DNA of 35,575 bases from a virus: the IMG/VR virus record IMGVR_UViG_3300045421_000110, positions 1 to 35,575 of that record; one strand, written 5' to 3'. The translations under genes and the position numbers were made by a program. The notes below the pieces were generated by a model. The model did not search any database, was not told the origin of the DNA, and saw only the letters and a program-made list of their open reading frames with translations. Below, one piece after another: positions 1 to 8,446 of the stretch (positions within the stretch are counted from its first letter, which is position 1; every line of letters starts with the position of its first letter).

Positions 1-127
1 ATCTCGTTCGGCTTCAGCGCCCCCATGTTCCAAAGGGCCTGGTACAGGGCGGCGCGGCTCGCGTCGTCTCCACGCAGGAGGCCGCGCATGTCGAACTTCG
101 CGTAGACGTCCTCCCCGTAGACGTCCT
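1..127. repeat. Terminal direct repeat, copy 1 (identical to 35449-35575)
   Basis: Base-by-base comparison of the first 127 nt with the last 127 nt shows identity. The repeat lies inside the portal coding sequence. Confidence 0.95.
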
Positions 128-1130
128 GCAGAGCCATGTTCAGCGGCTCGGCCATCCGGTGCGACCACGGCAGCAGGCACCACACCTGAGCGGACAAATG
201 CTCCTGCTCGGCGTTCGAGTACTTCGCCATCTTGTGGTCGCCGAGAAGCGTGCTCGGGACGCCCCAGTGGCGACACACCTCGGGCAGCATCGACTCGCGG
301 AGTTCTTGGTACTGGCTGGCCTCCATCGAGTTAGATTCGATGGTCTTGATCCGCGTCTTCCGCGGGAGCAGGGCGGCCCGGCCGCGGTTCTCGGCACCGC
401 CGTACGCGGCCGCGAGATCCGCGAGCAGCTGCTGGGCGGCGGCGTCCGGGATCTTCTCGTCTGTCTCCAGTACCATGTCGGGCCGCGCAGAGTTCCGCCA
501 GAACTCCACGGCCGCGACGTCGAGTTGACGCGCCAGCCGGATCGACGACGCCATGATCCGGCCCGGCTTGATGCCGATCACCCCGTCGTTCGAGACCCAA
601 TTCCAGTGCAGGACCTCGCTCTGCTCGAGCGTCTCGGTCTTCCCTGTGAACGGGTCTTGGTAGACATAGGACCGCGTGAATCCGGGCAGGACCTTCACGA
701 CCACGCGGGCCGGGTGCATGGGCTCCAGCGTGGTCATCCACCCGCGGCTGCCCGACCTGATCCGCGAGAAGCCGACGCCGTGTAGGGCGGTCCAGTAGGC
801 CATTAGGCCGTAGAAGGCAAAGCCCGTCATCGACGGGTTCGGTCGCTTCCGCAGCGTGTAGGAGCAGGGGAGCGAGACGTGGGACTTCCTGCCGTCGGCC
901 CCCTCCTGCATCGTGTGAACCGGGCAGACGCCGATGGCCTGCGAGAGGAACCGGCAGACCGCGAAGATGTTTGTGACGGTCGCGGCCGTCTCGGGGTTCA
1001 CCGCCTGCGAGAGCGACGCCCACACGTGGTTCGGGTCGGTCAGGGCGGCGCGGACCGCCGTCAGCCGATACGACTCGCCGCGGGACTTCTTCGGCGCGGG
1101 GGTTCGCTTCTTTGCGGGATGGCCGGCCAC
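1..1130 (-). CDS. Portal protein, HK97 family, N-terminal part (ORF open through the left edge; continues at 35448-35316 after circular closure, about 420 aa in total)
   Basis: This frame is absent from the supplied track because it has no stop inside the window. Hand translation from GTG 1130 (GAGGG 8 nt upstream) gives VAGHPAKKRTPAPKKSRGESYRLTAVRAALTDPNHVWASLSQAVNPETAATVTNIFAVCRFLSQAIGVCPVHTMQEGADGRKSHVSLPCSYTLRKRPNPSMTGFAFYGLMAYWTALHGVG. The RPNP.MT...F motif is typical of HK97-type portals. The frame is in phase with the C-terminal fragment at 35316-35537. The start codon is uncertain. Confidence 0.85.
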   Translation of the reverse strand, partial: MAGHPAKKRTPAPKKSRGESYRLTAVRAALTDPNHVWASLSQAVNPETAATVTNIFAVCRFLSQAIGVCPVHTMQEGADGRKSHVSLPCSYTLRKRPNPSMTGFAFYGLMAYWTALHGVGFSRIRSGSRGWMTTLEPMHPARVVVKVLPGFTRSYVYQDPFTGKTETLEQSEVLHWNWVSNDGVIGIKPGRIMASSIRLARQLDVAAVEFWRNSARPDMVLETDEKIPDAAAQQLLADLAAAYGGAENRGRAALLPRKTRIKTIESNSMEASQYQELRESMLPEVCRHWGVPSTLLGDHKMAKYSNAEQEHLSAQVWCLLPWSHRMAEPLNMALQDVYGEDVYAKFDMRGLLRGDDASRAALYQALWNMGALKPNE

Positions 1131-1182
1131 GGATGGACCCTCGGGGTCCGGCCATTTTCACGGCGTGGACGTTCCACGGTTT

Positions 1183-2832
1183 TCACGCCATGCGGATCCG
1201 CCACTCGCTCACGTCCATCGGCTCGCCGCCTTCGGGGTCTTCGATCGACACCGCCAGCGCGTTGACCAGCGCAACAATGCCGTCGATCTTCTCCTTCGAC
1301 TTGTCCTTATCCGGCTTCACCATGCCCGTGGCGTCTTCGTAGACGCAGGCGTTGTTGGCGTTCCACGCCGCCACCGGATTCGCTCCGGTGCGAAGCCGGC
1401 CCTCGACGACCAGACCGTCGAGCATCTTGCAAGCCGCGTTCAGGTGCCGCGTCGTCTGCGGGATCTCGACGACCTTCACGCCCTCCCGCTGGAGGAGCGT
1501 CTCCATCAGCCCAGCCTGCCACGGGTCCGTCCCGACGGCGACGATCGGGCAGTCGCCCGACCTGTCGAGAATCACCTTCGCGAGCTGCTCATGGTCGAGC
1601 CGAAACCCGTCGGTGACAGTCACCCAGCCGTCGCGGATCCATGAGTCATACGGCACGAGATCCCGCTTCACCCGCTCAGCCACGGTCTCGCGCGGCACGA
1701 GGTACCGCCACTCGGCCGTGTAGGAACCGTCGGTCTCCTTCCAAAGGAAGCAGACGGCCGTCATGTCGCGATTGCTCGCAAGGTCAGCGCCCACCCAGCA
1801 GGGGCGGCCGGACGTCGGCACGAGCGGGCCGGCCTGACACCGCGACCACTCGTCCCCCTGCCACCACCTCGCGTCCGAGGCTTGCCAGACGTTGAGGCTG
1901 TATCGCAGGAACTTCGTCAGCTTCCGAGGGTCGGTGGTCGCGTCCTGGTAGTCGGCCGCGAGCTCGTCCTCGGGGAACGTGATCCCCATCGACGGGTTGG
2001 CCTCACGCCATACCTCGGGGTCGCCGTACCCGCGCGGGTCGTTCTCCTTCGCGGCATAGATCACGCCGTAAAACGACGGGTTCGCAGCCGGAGACTTCAT
2101 CACCAGCTCGGCATCCGACCACCACTGATAGCCGACGCCGTTTCGATCCTCCCCGGCAGTCGAGATCGTCAGCACGAGACCGTTACGCGTAGCCCGTGTC
2201 GCGTATGTCAGGGCAGACACGAGCTTGTCGTCTCGGTGAGCGTGGATCTCGTCCACGATTACCGACCCGTTTAGGCCCTCGGCCCGGTACCCGTCGGCGC
2301 TCAGGCACCGGATCACGTTCCCGTGTTCTCGGTTGCGGATGACTGACTTCGAGTCGATCACCTCGAGCAGCTTCGCGAGCTGCGGGGACGCATGTACGAA
2401 CTTCGCCACGACCCGGAAGATCTCGCGGGCCTGCTGGCGGTCGACGGCCGCGAGGTAGACGTCGGCGATCGGGAAGTGTGCCGTCGCCATGTAGGTCGAC
2501 AGGCTCGCCATCAGGAACGACTTCCCCTGCTTCTTCGGGCAGAAGACAGCGCCGCGACGGTACCTCAGTCGGCCGTCCGGCCGCTTCCAACCGAACAGCG
2601 GATGGATCACGCGCTCCCGCTGCCACGGGATCAGCTTCATGGGCTGCGGGTCGCCGAAGCCGTCCTCCGCGGGGCGGCGGCAGAACGTCTCGATGAACTC
2701 GCATGGCCGCTCGGCCGCGGCCCGGTCAAACGTGTAGCCCTCGACCCACTCGGGCCGCGAGCGGCCGCCGTCGTCAGCCGGTGCCCGTGAACGCCCGGAG
2801 CTTCGCTTCGTCGTCGCCTTCCGCTTCGCCAT
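1183..2832 (-). CDS. terL: Terminase large subunit (Terminase_1-like)
   Basis: 549 aa. Walker A-like CPKKQGKS, Walker B-like VIVDEIH, and a C-terminal nuclease-type region. GGGAGA RBS before the ATG. Located between terS and portal. Confidence 0.9.
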   Translation of the reverse strand: MAKRKATTKRSSGRSRAPADDGGRSRPEWVEGYTFDRAAAERPCEFIETFCRRPAEDGFGDPQPMKLIPWQRERVIHPLFGWKRPDGRLRYRRGAVFCPKKQGKSFLMASLSTYMATAHFPIADVYLAAVDRQQAREIFRVVAKFVHASPQLAKLLEVIDSKSVIRNREHGNVIRCLSADGYRAEGLNGSVIVDEIHAHRDDKLVSALTYATRATRNGLVLTISTAGEDRNGVGYQWWSDAELVMKSPAANPSFYGVIYAAKENDPRGYGDPEVWREANPSMGITFPEDELAADYQDATTDPRKLTKFLRYSLNVWQASDARWWQGDEWSRCQAGPLVPTSGRPCWVGADLASNRDMTAVCFLWKETDGSYTAEWRYLVPRETVAERVKRDLVPYDSWIRDGWVTVTDGFRLDHEQLAKVILDRSGDCPIVAVGTDPWQAGLMETLLQREGVKVVEIPQTTRHLNAACKMLDGLVVEGRLRTGANPVAAWNANNACVYEDATGMVKPDKDKSKEKIDGIVALVNALAVSIEDPEGGEPMDVSEWRIRMA

Positions 2833-3253
2833 CGTCGTCTCCCATGTTCGGCAGTCTCGCCGCGGCCGCCGGCGTCAGGCCGAAGTCGCGGGCGAGCTTC
2901 ACCCAGTCGGTGCGGGCCGCTCTGGCCAGGGCGGCCGCTGGGTTCGCGGCCGGTCCTCGCTCGGTCATGATCACGAACCCACCGACGGCGAGCTCCTGCT
3001 CAAGGACCTCGATGTCGGCGGCCAGGCGGCACAGCATCGCGAACGCGTCCACGCGATCGGCGGTCAGCCGGCCCGACTCGATCAGGTGCGGTGCCTGTCG
3101 CCTCCAGAACGACGCGGCGACCGGGATCTTCGAGAGGGCGGCGGGGATGCGGACGGGCGACGCGGTCGGCTTCCGCAGGCGGCGGTTCGCGGTGTTGCGC
3201 CCAGCCTTCGATCGTTCGCTCCGCGGGTCCGGGATCGGGCCTCGTGATCCCAT
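2774..3253 (-). CDS. terS: Terminase small subunit, P27-family-like
   Basis: 159 aa. N-terminal GSRGPIPDP...GR, central W..Q.P.L...G.L...D, C-terminal FGLTPAAAARL followed by an acidic tail. GAGGTG RBS. Overlaps the terL start by 59 nt. Confidence 0.8.
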   Translation of the reverse strand: MGSRGPIPDPRSERSKAGRNTANRRLRKPTASPVRIPAALSKIPVAASFWRRQAPHLIESGRLTADRVDAFAMLCRLAADIEVLEQELAVGGFVIMTERGPAANPAAALARAARTDWVKLARDFGLTPAAAARLPNMGDDDGEAEGDDEAKLRAFTGTG

Positions 3254-3352
3254 GGCAGCACCTCGTTTCCGGAGTCAAAACCCGACAGCCGCGCGCGCAG
3301 AGTGGCGTTGGGGTCTTGGCTGAATCGCTGGAATGTCGGCCGACCCACCCAC

Positions 3353-3445
3353 AACATGCGTTTTTCTTGGGAAATACGCATTGTTTTGCGTGTGTGCATG
3401 CGTACAGGTGCCGACTTGTGGATAACTCACGCGAAAACGCATGTT
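3353..3445. promoter_or_regulatory. Candidate cos/packaging-recognition region
   Basis: AT-rich 193-bp gap between HNH and terS. It has a 12-nt perfect inverted repeat AACATGCGTTTT (3353-3364) / AAAACGCATGTT (3434-3445), plus four alternating ATGCGT/ACGCAT hexamers at 3356, 3376, 3398 and 3437. Confidence 0.45.
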
Positions 3446-3446
3446 T

Positions 3447-3779
3447 TTACACCCGTCGCGAGAGTTGTTCACGTCGCGTCTTCCGCCCATGGCACCGCTC
3501 GCACCGGCAGCAGAGGTTCGCATCATCATCGGTGCCGCCGTCCTGGAGGGGAACGATGTGGTCGACGTGGGCCTCGCGTCCGATGGTCACGCGTTCGCAG
3601 TCTCGGCAGATGTACGCGTCACGCAGGAGTATCCTCTCGCGGCGTGCCAGCCAGTCACGCGTCCGATAGTGGGCGGTCTCCTTCGTGACGGGCAGTGGCC
3701 GGCGCGATGTCGGTCCTCGCAGTCGTGGCACGCGATCTGGCATGGTCGGGCTTCGCTCCATCGTTGCCACGGCTGACAA
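3447..3779 (-). CDS. HNH endonuclease (terminase-associated type)
   Basis: 110 aa with C..C...HVDHIVPL..GG.D...NL...C..CH. Sits immediately upstream of the cos-like region and terS, as in HK97-like phages. The start is uncertain: TTG 3779, ATG 3761 or ATG 3743. Confidence 0.85.
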   Translation of the reverse strand: MSAVATMERSPTMPDRVPRLRGPTSRRPLPVTKETAHYRTRDWLARRERILLRDAYICRDCERVTIGREAHVDHIVPLQDGGTDDDANLCCRCERCHGRKTRREQLSRRV

Positions 3780-3786
3780 CCTACGC

Positions 3787-4980
3787 TCACGAGACGTGGG
3801 CCGACCACGAGTTCACTTGCAGCCCCCACTCAAGGACTCCCACGAGACGGATAATGTCGCCGTTCGCTACCGAGAATGTCGTGGATTGGTTCGTCGCCGT
3901 CCCCGAAAGCGGAACGGTCCATGCCGTCGCGCCGTTCTTTGTGACCGTGAGCGAGTCGCAGCCAAACTCGCCGCATCCGCCCCTCGTGTTGATCGTCAGG
4001 CTAAGTGTGCCGCTCGAAGCAGCACAGGTACACATGACGAGCGTGGCGTTGTTGGCCACGTTGGAGGAGCCGCTCCACGTCAGCGGGCTCGCTGGCGTGC
4101 CGTTGCCGGTCGCCGAACTGAACGCGCCGGACGACGCCTTCGACAGCCCCGAACCTGCGCCGGGGAACGGCGCGGTCGGTGGCGTGAACGAGGTATTGGA
4201 ACCGTACCGCCCGACGCCTTTGGTGACGCGCAACTCGTCGATGTACCCGTTGAAGAAGTTGCCGGGGTTGTTGTAGGACGTGCAGCCAACAGTGACGTCG
4301 GCCGCGGCGTCGGTGAGCAGGGTGTTCGCGTACACGCTGCCCATCAGCACACCGTCGAGAAACATTCGCATGACGCCGTCGTTGCGGGACACTGCGATAT
4401 GGTGCCACTCGCCCGTCGTTATCGGTGAGTACCAGATGTAGGACGCGTTCGCGTTGTTCGTGGTGAAGATGCCGCCGTTGGCCGCGACCCCGATGTCCCA
4501 CGAGAAGTTCGACCCGAACTCGTCCTTCGAGATCAGAACGCCGGCGGCCGTGGCTACGTTCGCCGGGAGCGTGACCGCGTAGAACCACGCCTCAATCGTC
4601 ACGTCGCCGCCCGACAGATTGAAGTCGGTCGAGTTGGGAATCTGCAATCGCTTCGGGTTGCCGAACAATCCGCTGGCGCCACCGAAGCGGCTTTGTGCGG
4701 TGCTGATGGTCGCGCCGTCGGCCGCCGTCACGCTCTTGGGGTTGGGGCTTGAATCGGTGAACGTCGTCGAACCGTTGCCGCCGTCCATATGGAGCAGCAG
4801 CACGACGTTCGAGAAGTACGGGTCACCAGAAACGTCGGCCGCCGACGTCGGCCACGTCCCCGCGCGCCGCATGGCTTCGACCTCGCGCAACGTCCACACG
4901 CCGCCGGCTGCGGAGTTCACCGCCGACGCCGCGGGGACGCGATTGAAGCCAAGATACCCGGCCGTGGGGCGAGAACCCAT
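3787..4980 (-). CDS. Tail fibre / receptor-binding protein with a LamG-like (concanavalin A-like) jelly-roll domain
   Basis: The real start is taken at MGSRPTAGYLGF (ATG 4980, 1 nt after the upstream stop). The track ORF has a 79-aa R-rich extension overlapping the upstream gene. The LamG-like pattern is GDVTIEAWFY...ISKD...SWDIGV...WHHIAVSRNDGVMRMFLDG...GYIDELRV. The C-terminal roughly 100 aa are Cys-containing. Confidence 0.7.
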   Translation of the reverse strand: MGSRPTAGYLGFNRVPAASAVNSAAGGVWTLREVEAMRRAGTWPTSAADVSGDPYFSNVVLLLHMDGGNGSTTFTDSSPNPKSVTAADGATISTAQSRFGGASGLFGNPKRLQIPNSTDFNLSGGDVTIEAWFYAVTLPANVATAAGVLISKDEFGSNFSWDIGVAANGGIFTTNNANASYIWYSPITTGEWHHIAVSRNDGVMRMFLDGVLMGSVYANTLLTDAAADVTVGCTSYNNPGNFFNGYIDELRVTKGVGRYGSNTSFTPPTAPFPGAGSGLSKASSGAFSSATGNGTPASPLTWSGSSNVANNATLVMCTCAASSGTLSLTINTRGGCGEFGCDSLTVTKNGATAWTVPLSGTATNQSTTFSVANGDIIRLVGVLEWGLQVNSWSAHVS

Positions 4981-4981
4981 G

Positions 4982-5356
4982 TCACGAATACCTGCGGAAG
5001 TTGCAGTCCACTTCGAGCCTGTTCGCCGCCGACGCGGTGACGTAGATGGACTGATTCTCCTTGAGGTTCGCGCCGTTCTCGCTCCCGGTGATGATGATCG
5101 ACGAGTTGGCCGGCACGGTGATCGTGCGGCCGATGCGCGTCGGTGTGCCGGTGTTCGTTGCGTTGGGGAACCGCTGCAACGTGACGTCGCACGCGTTGAC
5201 CCCATCGACGTTCGCAACGACGATGGAGTCGATGACCAGCATTTCGTTGCTCGACGCTGCGTTGGACAACAGCAGCGTCGCGTTCGTCGTCGTCAACTGC
5301 ACCTGCGCGTTGTCGAAGTAGCAGTTGGCACAGGTGTTGATGTTCGGATTCGCCAT
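4982..5356 (-). CDS. Hypothetical tail-fibre-module protein (124 aa)
   Basis: Start at MANPNINTCANCYF (ATG 5356, 8 nt after the fibre stop). Non-biased composition. Tightly coupled to both neighbours. Confidence 0.6.
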   Translation of the reverse strand: MANPNINTCANCYFDNAQVQLTTTNATLLLSNAASSNEMLVIDSIVVANVDGVNACDVTLQRFPNATNTGTPTRIGRTITVPANSSIIITGSENGANLKENQSIYVTASAANRLEVDCNFRRYS

Positions 5357-5364
5357 GACGGCAC

Positions 5365-6171
5365 CTATCTGTGAGCGAGAATCATCCCAAGTGACTTGCC
5401 GCCGCCGCCCGACGGTGGCGTCGCCCACGTCCCGTCACCACGAAGGAACGTCGTGCCGTCGGCCGTGCCAGACCCGAGCCGCGCGGAAGCCACCGTGCCC
5501 GCGGTCAGGTCGGATGCCGACCCGCTAGTGGCGACGGCCGCCAGCCCGCTCACGGACGCCGCGGTGATGGAGATGGACGTCGAGCCGGCCGCCGTCAACC
5601 GGCCATCGGCCCCGACGGTGAACGTGCCGACGGCCGTGGCAGACCCATACGAACCCGCGGCGACCGCCGTGGCAGCGATGGTGGGATTCGGGTAGGTGCC
5701 CGCCAGCGAGCCACCTGCAGCCCCGGTTGGCGACCCCCCGCCGCCACCGCCGCCGGTGGCCGAGATCGTGCCATCGACGTCGATGGTGACGCCCGACCCC
5801 TGCTTCACGCCGCCGAGAACCGTGGACGTGGCGACCGGGGGCGGGAACGTGGACGGGACACCGGTGATCGTTGACCACGGCTGCGTGCCGGTGTGGTTGG
5901 CACGTTGGACGGCGTACTCCTGCACCGCCGCGATGGCCGCCGCCTGCGCAGTCGAGACTGGCTTCGCCGCGTCGGCGGTGTTGTCCACGTTGCCGAGCCC
6001 GACGTCGGCCTTCGTGAGCGTGACGGCGCCGGTTCGTCCGGCGACACTGACGACAGCGCCGCTGCCGACCGTCACCGTCACGGAGCCGCCGTTGGCGACG
6101 GCCACCGTCGACGGCGTGGCACCGTCGATGGTGACGTTTATCGGCGACGCTGCTCCGATCTCGACTGGCAT
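5365..6171 (-). CDS. Tail fibre protein
   Basis: Start at [10 protein letters not shown] (ATG 6171 overlaps the upstream TGA by 1 nt). Contains the widespread fibre motif [16 protein letters not shown], a poly-Gly linker, and the C-terminal [11 protein letters not shown] motif common in phage fibres. Confidence 0.8.
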   Translation of the reverse strand: MPVEIGAASPINVTIDGATPSTVAVANGGSVTVTVGSGAVVSVAGRTGAVTLTKADVGLGNVDNTADAAKPVSTAQAAAIAAVQEYAVQRANHTGTQPWSTITGVPSTFPPPVATSTVLGGVKQGSGVTIDVDGTISATGGGGGGGSPTGAAGGSLAGTYPNPTIAATAVAAGSYGSATAVGTFTVGADGRLTAAGSTSISITAASVSGLAAVATSGSASDLTAGTVASARLGSGTADGTTFLRGDGTWATPPSGGGGKSLGMILAHR

Positions 6172-6524
6172 CAGGACACTCCGATCACGACGTTCCCGGA
6201 CAGGGCCATCCGCGTGTAGCCGGTCGGGTCGACCCACCTCAGCCACCACCGCATGCGCTCACGCGGCGTGCCCTGCGACGGGTTGCCGGCGTCGAAGATC
6301 GACGTCGTCTGTGTCTCGGTCAGGGACACCTTCACCGTGGACGTCGACCCGGTGGTGATCGTCAGCGTGGGCGTCACGACGAGCGACGAGTCCGAGACCT
6401 TGTACACGCCGCTGGTCAGCGTGTACCCGGAGAGGTTCAGTTCGAAGGTCGCCGTGAAGGCGAACTCATCGCCCGAGATCATCTCGAGGTCGAGGACGCC
6501 GGGGCGCTGCTTGAAGACGGCCAC
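6171..6524 (-). CDS. Hypothetical beta-rich protein of the fibre module (117 aa)
   Basis: Ser/Thr/Val-rich sequence, coupled to both flanking genes. It loosely resembles Ig-like baseplate/fibre accessory domains, but that is only an impression. Confidence 0.55.
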   Translation of the reverse strand: MAVFKQRPGVLDLEMISGDEFAFTATFELNLSGYTLTSGVYKVSDSSLVVTPTLTITTGSTSTVKVSLTETQTTSIFDAGNPSQGTPRERMRWWLRWVDPTGYTRMALSGNVVIGVS

Positions 6525-6525
6525 G

Positions 6526-6711
6526 TCAGAACCCCCTGTACCCAGCCGTCACGCCAACGCCTGCCGTCGTGACGATGGCACGCGCCAGCTGCGGCGAGAC
6601 GCATGACAGGACGATCGAGAAGTCGACGAGCTGCGACACGGCGTGGCCGTACTGCTGCCGCACGAAGTTCAGCTGTCCCGGGCCGAGATCGACGGTCTTG
6701 CTCATGGCCAT
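6526..6711 (-). CDS. Hypothetical small protein (61 aa)
   Basis: Ordinary composition. The stop is 1 nt before the next start. No recognisable motif. Confidence 0.45.
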   Translation of the reverse strand: MAMSKTVDLGPGQLNFVRQQYGHAVSQLVDFSIVLSCVSPQLARAIVTTAGVGVTAGYRGF

Positions 6712-6740
6712 AGCCTATGGCGTCTCGTGCGCCACGGTTT

Positions 6741-7079
6741 TTAGCGGTTGAGCCACTCGCCCTCCGTCCACGCCGCGCGGATCTTCGCCGCCTCCTCGAG
6801 CACCTGCGCTTCGGTCAGGTCCGCGAGATCCGACTCGTCGTCCATCCACCGTCGAGGCTTCCTCCTCGGCCTGGACGGATCGTCTCGCTTCCATCGGCCG
6901 CTGCCGACTCGCGGCAGGGCACCGGCCGCCACGGCCTTCCGGATCTGCCACGAGGTCACGCCGACGAGCTCGGCCACCGCGGCGTGCGTCATGCCTCGAC
7001 CGAGCGCGGCCTTCGCCCGGCGGACCTGCATCGGCGAGAGCGTGCGTCGTCGCGTAATGTCGTCCTCCGTGATACGCAC
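6741..7079 (-). CDS. Helix-turn-helix DNA-binding protein, candidate late-gene regulator
   Basis: HTH-like segment MTHAAVAELVGVTSWQIRKAV. First gene after a repeat-rich gap and directly upstream of the fibre/packaging genes. The start is uncertain: GTG 7079 abuts a GC hairpin at 7080-7099, and ATG 7031 is an alternative. Confidence 0.6.
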   Translation of the reverse strand: MRITEDDITRRRTLSPMQVRRAKAALGRGMTHAAVAELVGVTSWQIRKAVAAGALPRVGSGRWKRDDPSRPRRKPRRWMDDESDLADLTEAQVLEEAAKIRAAWTEGEWLNR

Positions 7080-7102
7080 CCGCCGCGTCCGTGCGGCGGG
7101 AT

Positions 7103-7195
7103 GTTATCCGACAGCCCTCGTTGAAATCCTACGTGAAATCCGTTGGTCGCGGTGCGTTATCGGGCGATCTTGGGGTGTTATGCGGACCCGCATAA
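7103..7195. promoter_or_regulatory. Cluster of short repeats and a perfect palindrome upstream of the HTH gene
   Basis: GTTATCCG (7103-7110), GTTATCGG (7156-7163) and GTTATGCGG (7177-7185). Direct repeat TGAAATCC at 7122-7129 and 7134-7141. Palindrome TTATGCGG-AC-CCGCATAA at 7178-7195. Confidence 0.4.
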
Positions 7196-7205
7196 ATACT
7201 GGTTC

Positions 7206-7799
7206 TCATTTCCGATTCCACCGCGTGCGGTTACCAGCCTCACGCCAAAGCAACTCCACTTCGCGGATCGTCACGTTGCCGTTTCCGTAGTGGCCGCCGT
7301 CATAACCGCCAGTAATGCGATCTGCAAAACTGCCATCGGCATGGCAAAACCCGATTTTCCCCCCAGGCGGCGAACCCCATCGCCCTAACGCAGCATCGCC
7401 CCACCACCACCCAGCAACTGGCTCTTCCTCTCCGACGAACGACTCGACGCTAAGCCAACTGAGGTGCATCTCGCGTAGCCACCCCACGATCGGATGGTCT
7501 TGGTATTCACCAGCCCGCACTGGCCCTCTCGTGCCAACGATCAGCACCTCATTACGGCACCCACTGGCGTCGATCTTGTCCGCCACGTCCTGCGGGAACG
7601 CGTCTACGGGCTTCACCTCAACATAGATGGTCTCCCTGCCATGAATCGCGAAGTCGGGAATCCAGCCGTTGAAGTCCGTCGGCTCGTATGTCCACCCCCA
7701 GCCGAGAAGATCGAACATGGCAGCCCACTTCGCCTCAAGCCGCGAGCGAAAGTTGGCGCCGTTGTACCTCGTTTCGATTGCTGCGATGGTGTAGTTCAT
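7206..7799 (-). CDS. PD-(D/E)XK-like nuclease-fold protein, paralog A
   Basis: Start taken at MNYTIAAIETRY (ATG 7799, GGAGAG RBS); the track start at 7856 lies inside the structured repeat. Core is FRSRLEAKWAAMFDLLGWGWTYEP...GWIPDF...YVEVKP (E...D...ExK order). It shares about 27 of 40 core residues with the 8447-8986 protein. Confidence 0.6.
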   Translation of the reverse strand: MNYTIAAIETRYNGANFRSRLEAKWAAMFDLLGWGWTYEPTDFNGWIPDFAIHGRETIYVEVKPVDAFPQDVADKIDASGCRNEVLIVGTRGPVRAGEYQDHPIVGWLREMHLSWLSVESFVGEEEPVAGWWWGDAALGRWGSPPGGKIGFCHADGSFADRITGGYDGGHYGNGNVTIREVELLWREAGNRTRWNRK

Positions 7800-7823
7800 T
7801 CTCTCTCCAATGCGACGCGACGA

Positions 7824-7866
7824 GAACCACGCGATCGAGCGGACTTCGCCGCTCATCGCATCGTTC
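7824..7866 (-). repeat. Structured intergenic repeat, copy 1 (43 nt)
   Basis: gaaccacgcgatcgagcggacttcgccgctcatcgcatcgttc. About 36 of 43 nt are identical to 10054-10095. On the - strand it folds as a three-segment hairpin 7 nt after the GIY-YIG stop. Confidence 0.7.
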
Positions 7867-7873
7867 GCCTACG

Positions 7874-8404
7874 TCAGTCGTCGATCGCGTGAATGAAATC
7901 CAACAGTTCCGCGATGCACCGGCTCAGATGCCTGCTCGCCCCTTTCCCGGGCGGAAGCCTGCCCCTGATTTGTTCGTCCACCGCCAGAAGCATCCCGCGT
8001 ATCTCTCGTGCCGATGTCGCCAATGCTTGCCGCTTTGGCGATCCAAGAAGGTCGCCTTTCCTTATCCGGCCGACGGGCCGATTCAAGAGATCGCATCCTT
8101 CGTCAGCCCTGTCTCGACACCAAAAACTCTCCTGCTCATTGATCCTCTCAGGCGATATGCCGTCCTCGATCACGCGAAACTCAGGAGCCAGGCCGAGCGA
8201 AGCCAGTTCCGTCTTCCATGAATGAAGCCCGTTGTTGTGCTGAAAGACCGGCTTCGTGGCGGTGTGCGCCTTGCGCCTTTGATCCACATCGAATGTCTGG
8301 CCGACGTACCGACACTTCCCGTCTCGCGGGTCAAGCAGTTCGTACACCACGCCCGAGCATGGGCGAACCAAGCATTGCAGCCGACTTGCGACAACGTCGT
8401 TCAT
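7874..8404 (-). CDS. GIY-YIG nuclease (homing-endonuclease-like)
   Basis: VVYELLDPRDGKCRYVGQT (GIY...YIG), RRKAH, and a downstream NEQESFW Glu. Confidence 0.75.
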   Translation of the reverse strand: MNDVVASRLQCLVRPCSGVVYELLDPRDGKCRYVGQTFDVDQRRKAHTATKPVFQHNNGLHSWKTELASLGLAPEFRVIEDGISPERINEQESFWCRDRADEGCDLLNRPVGRIRKGDLLGSPKRQALATSAREIRGMLLAVDEQIRGRLPPGKGASRHLSRCIAELLDFIHAIDD

Positions 8405-8446
8405 GATGGATGTTCCTCTCGTCGCAAGCGGCTGAATGCAAGCGTT

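Noticed and set aside
331-1161. Track ORF of 276 aa on the - strand at the left edge, together with 140-397 (-) and 159-785 (+).
   Set aside because: The sequence is R/P/G-rich nonsense. The third - strand frame is invisible in the track because it has no stop in the window; on hand translation it gives a convincing portal protein that joins the C-terminal fragment at the other end.
4981-5217. N-terminal extensions of several track ORFs: 3787-5217, 5365-6249, 15266-16078, 15055-15459, 19666-20355, 21943-24549, 29714-30181, 30698-32026 and 18501-19607.
   Set aside because: The extensions overlap the preceding gene and are R/P-rich. Internal starts with Shine-Dalgarno-like sequences or ATGA/GTGA coupling give clean gene boundaries.
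3787-6171. A diversity-generating retroelement targeting the fibre/LamG genes.
   Set aside because: No reverse transcriptase gene is present, and no template/variable repeat pair was seen anywhere in the genome.
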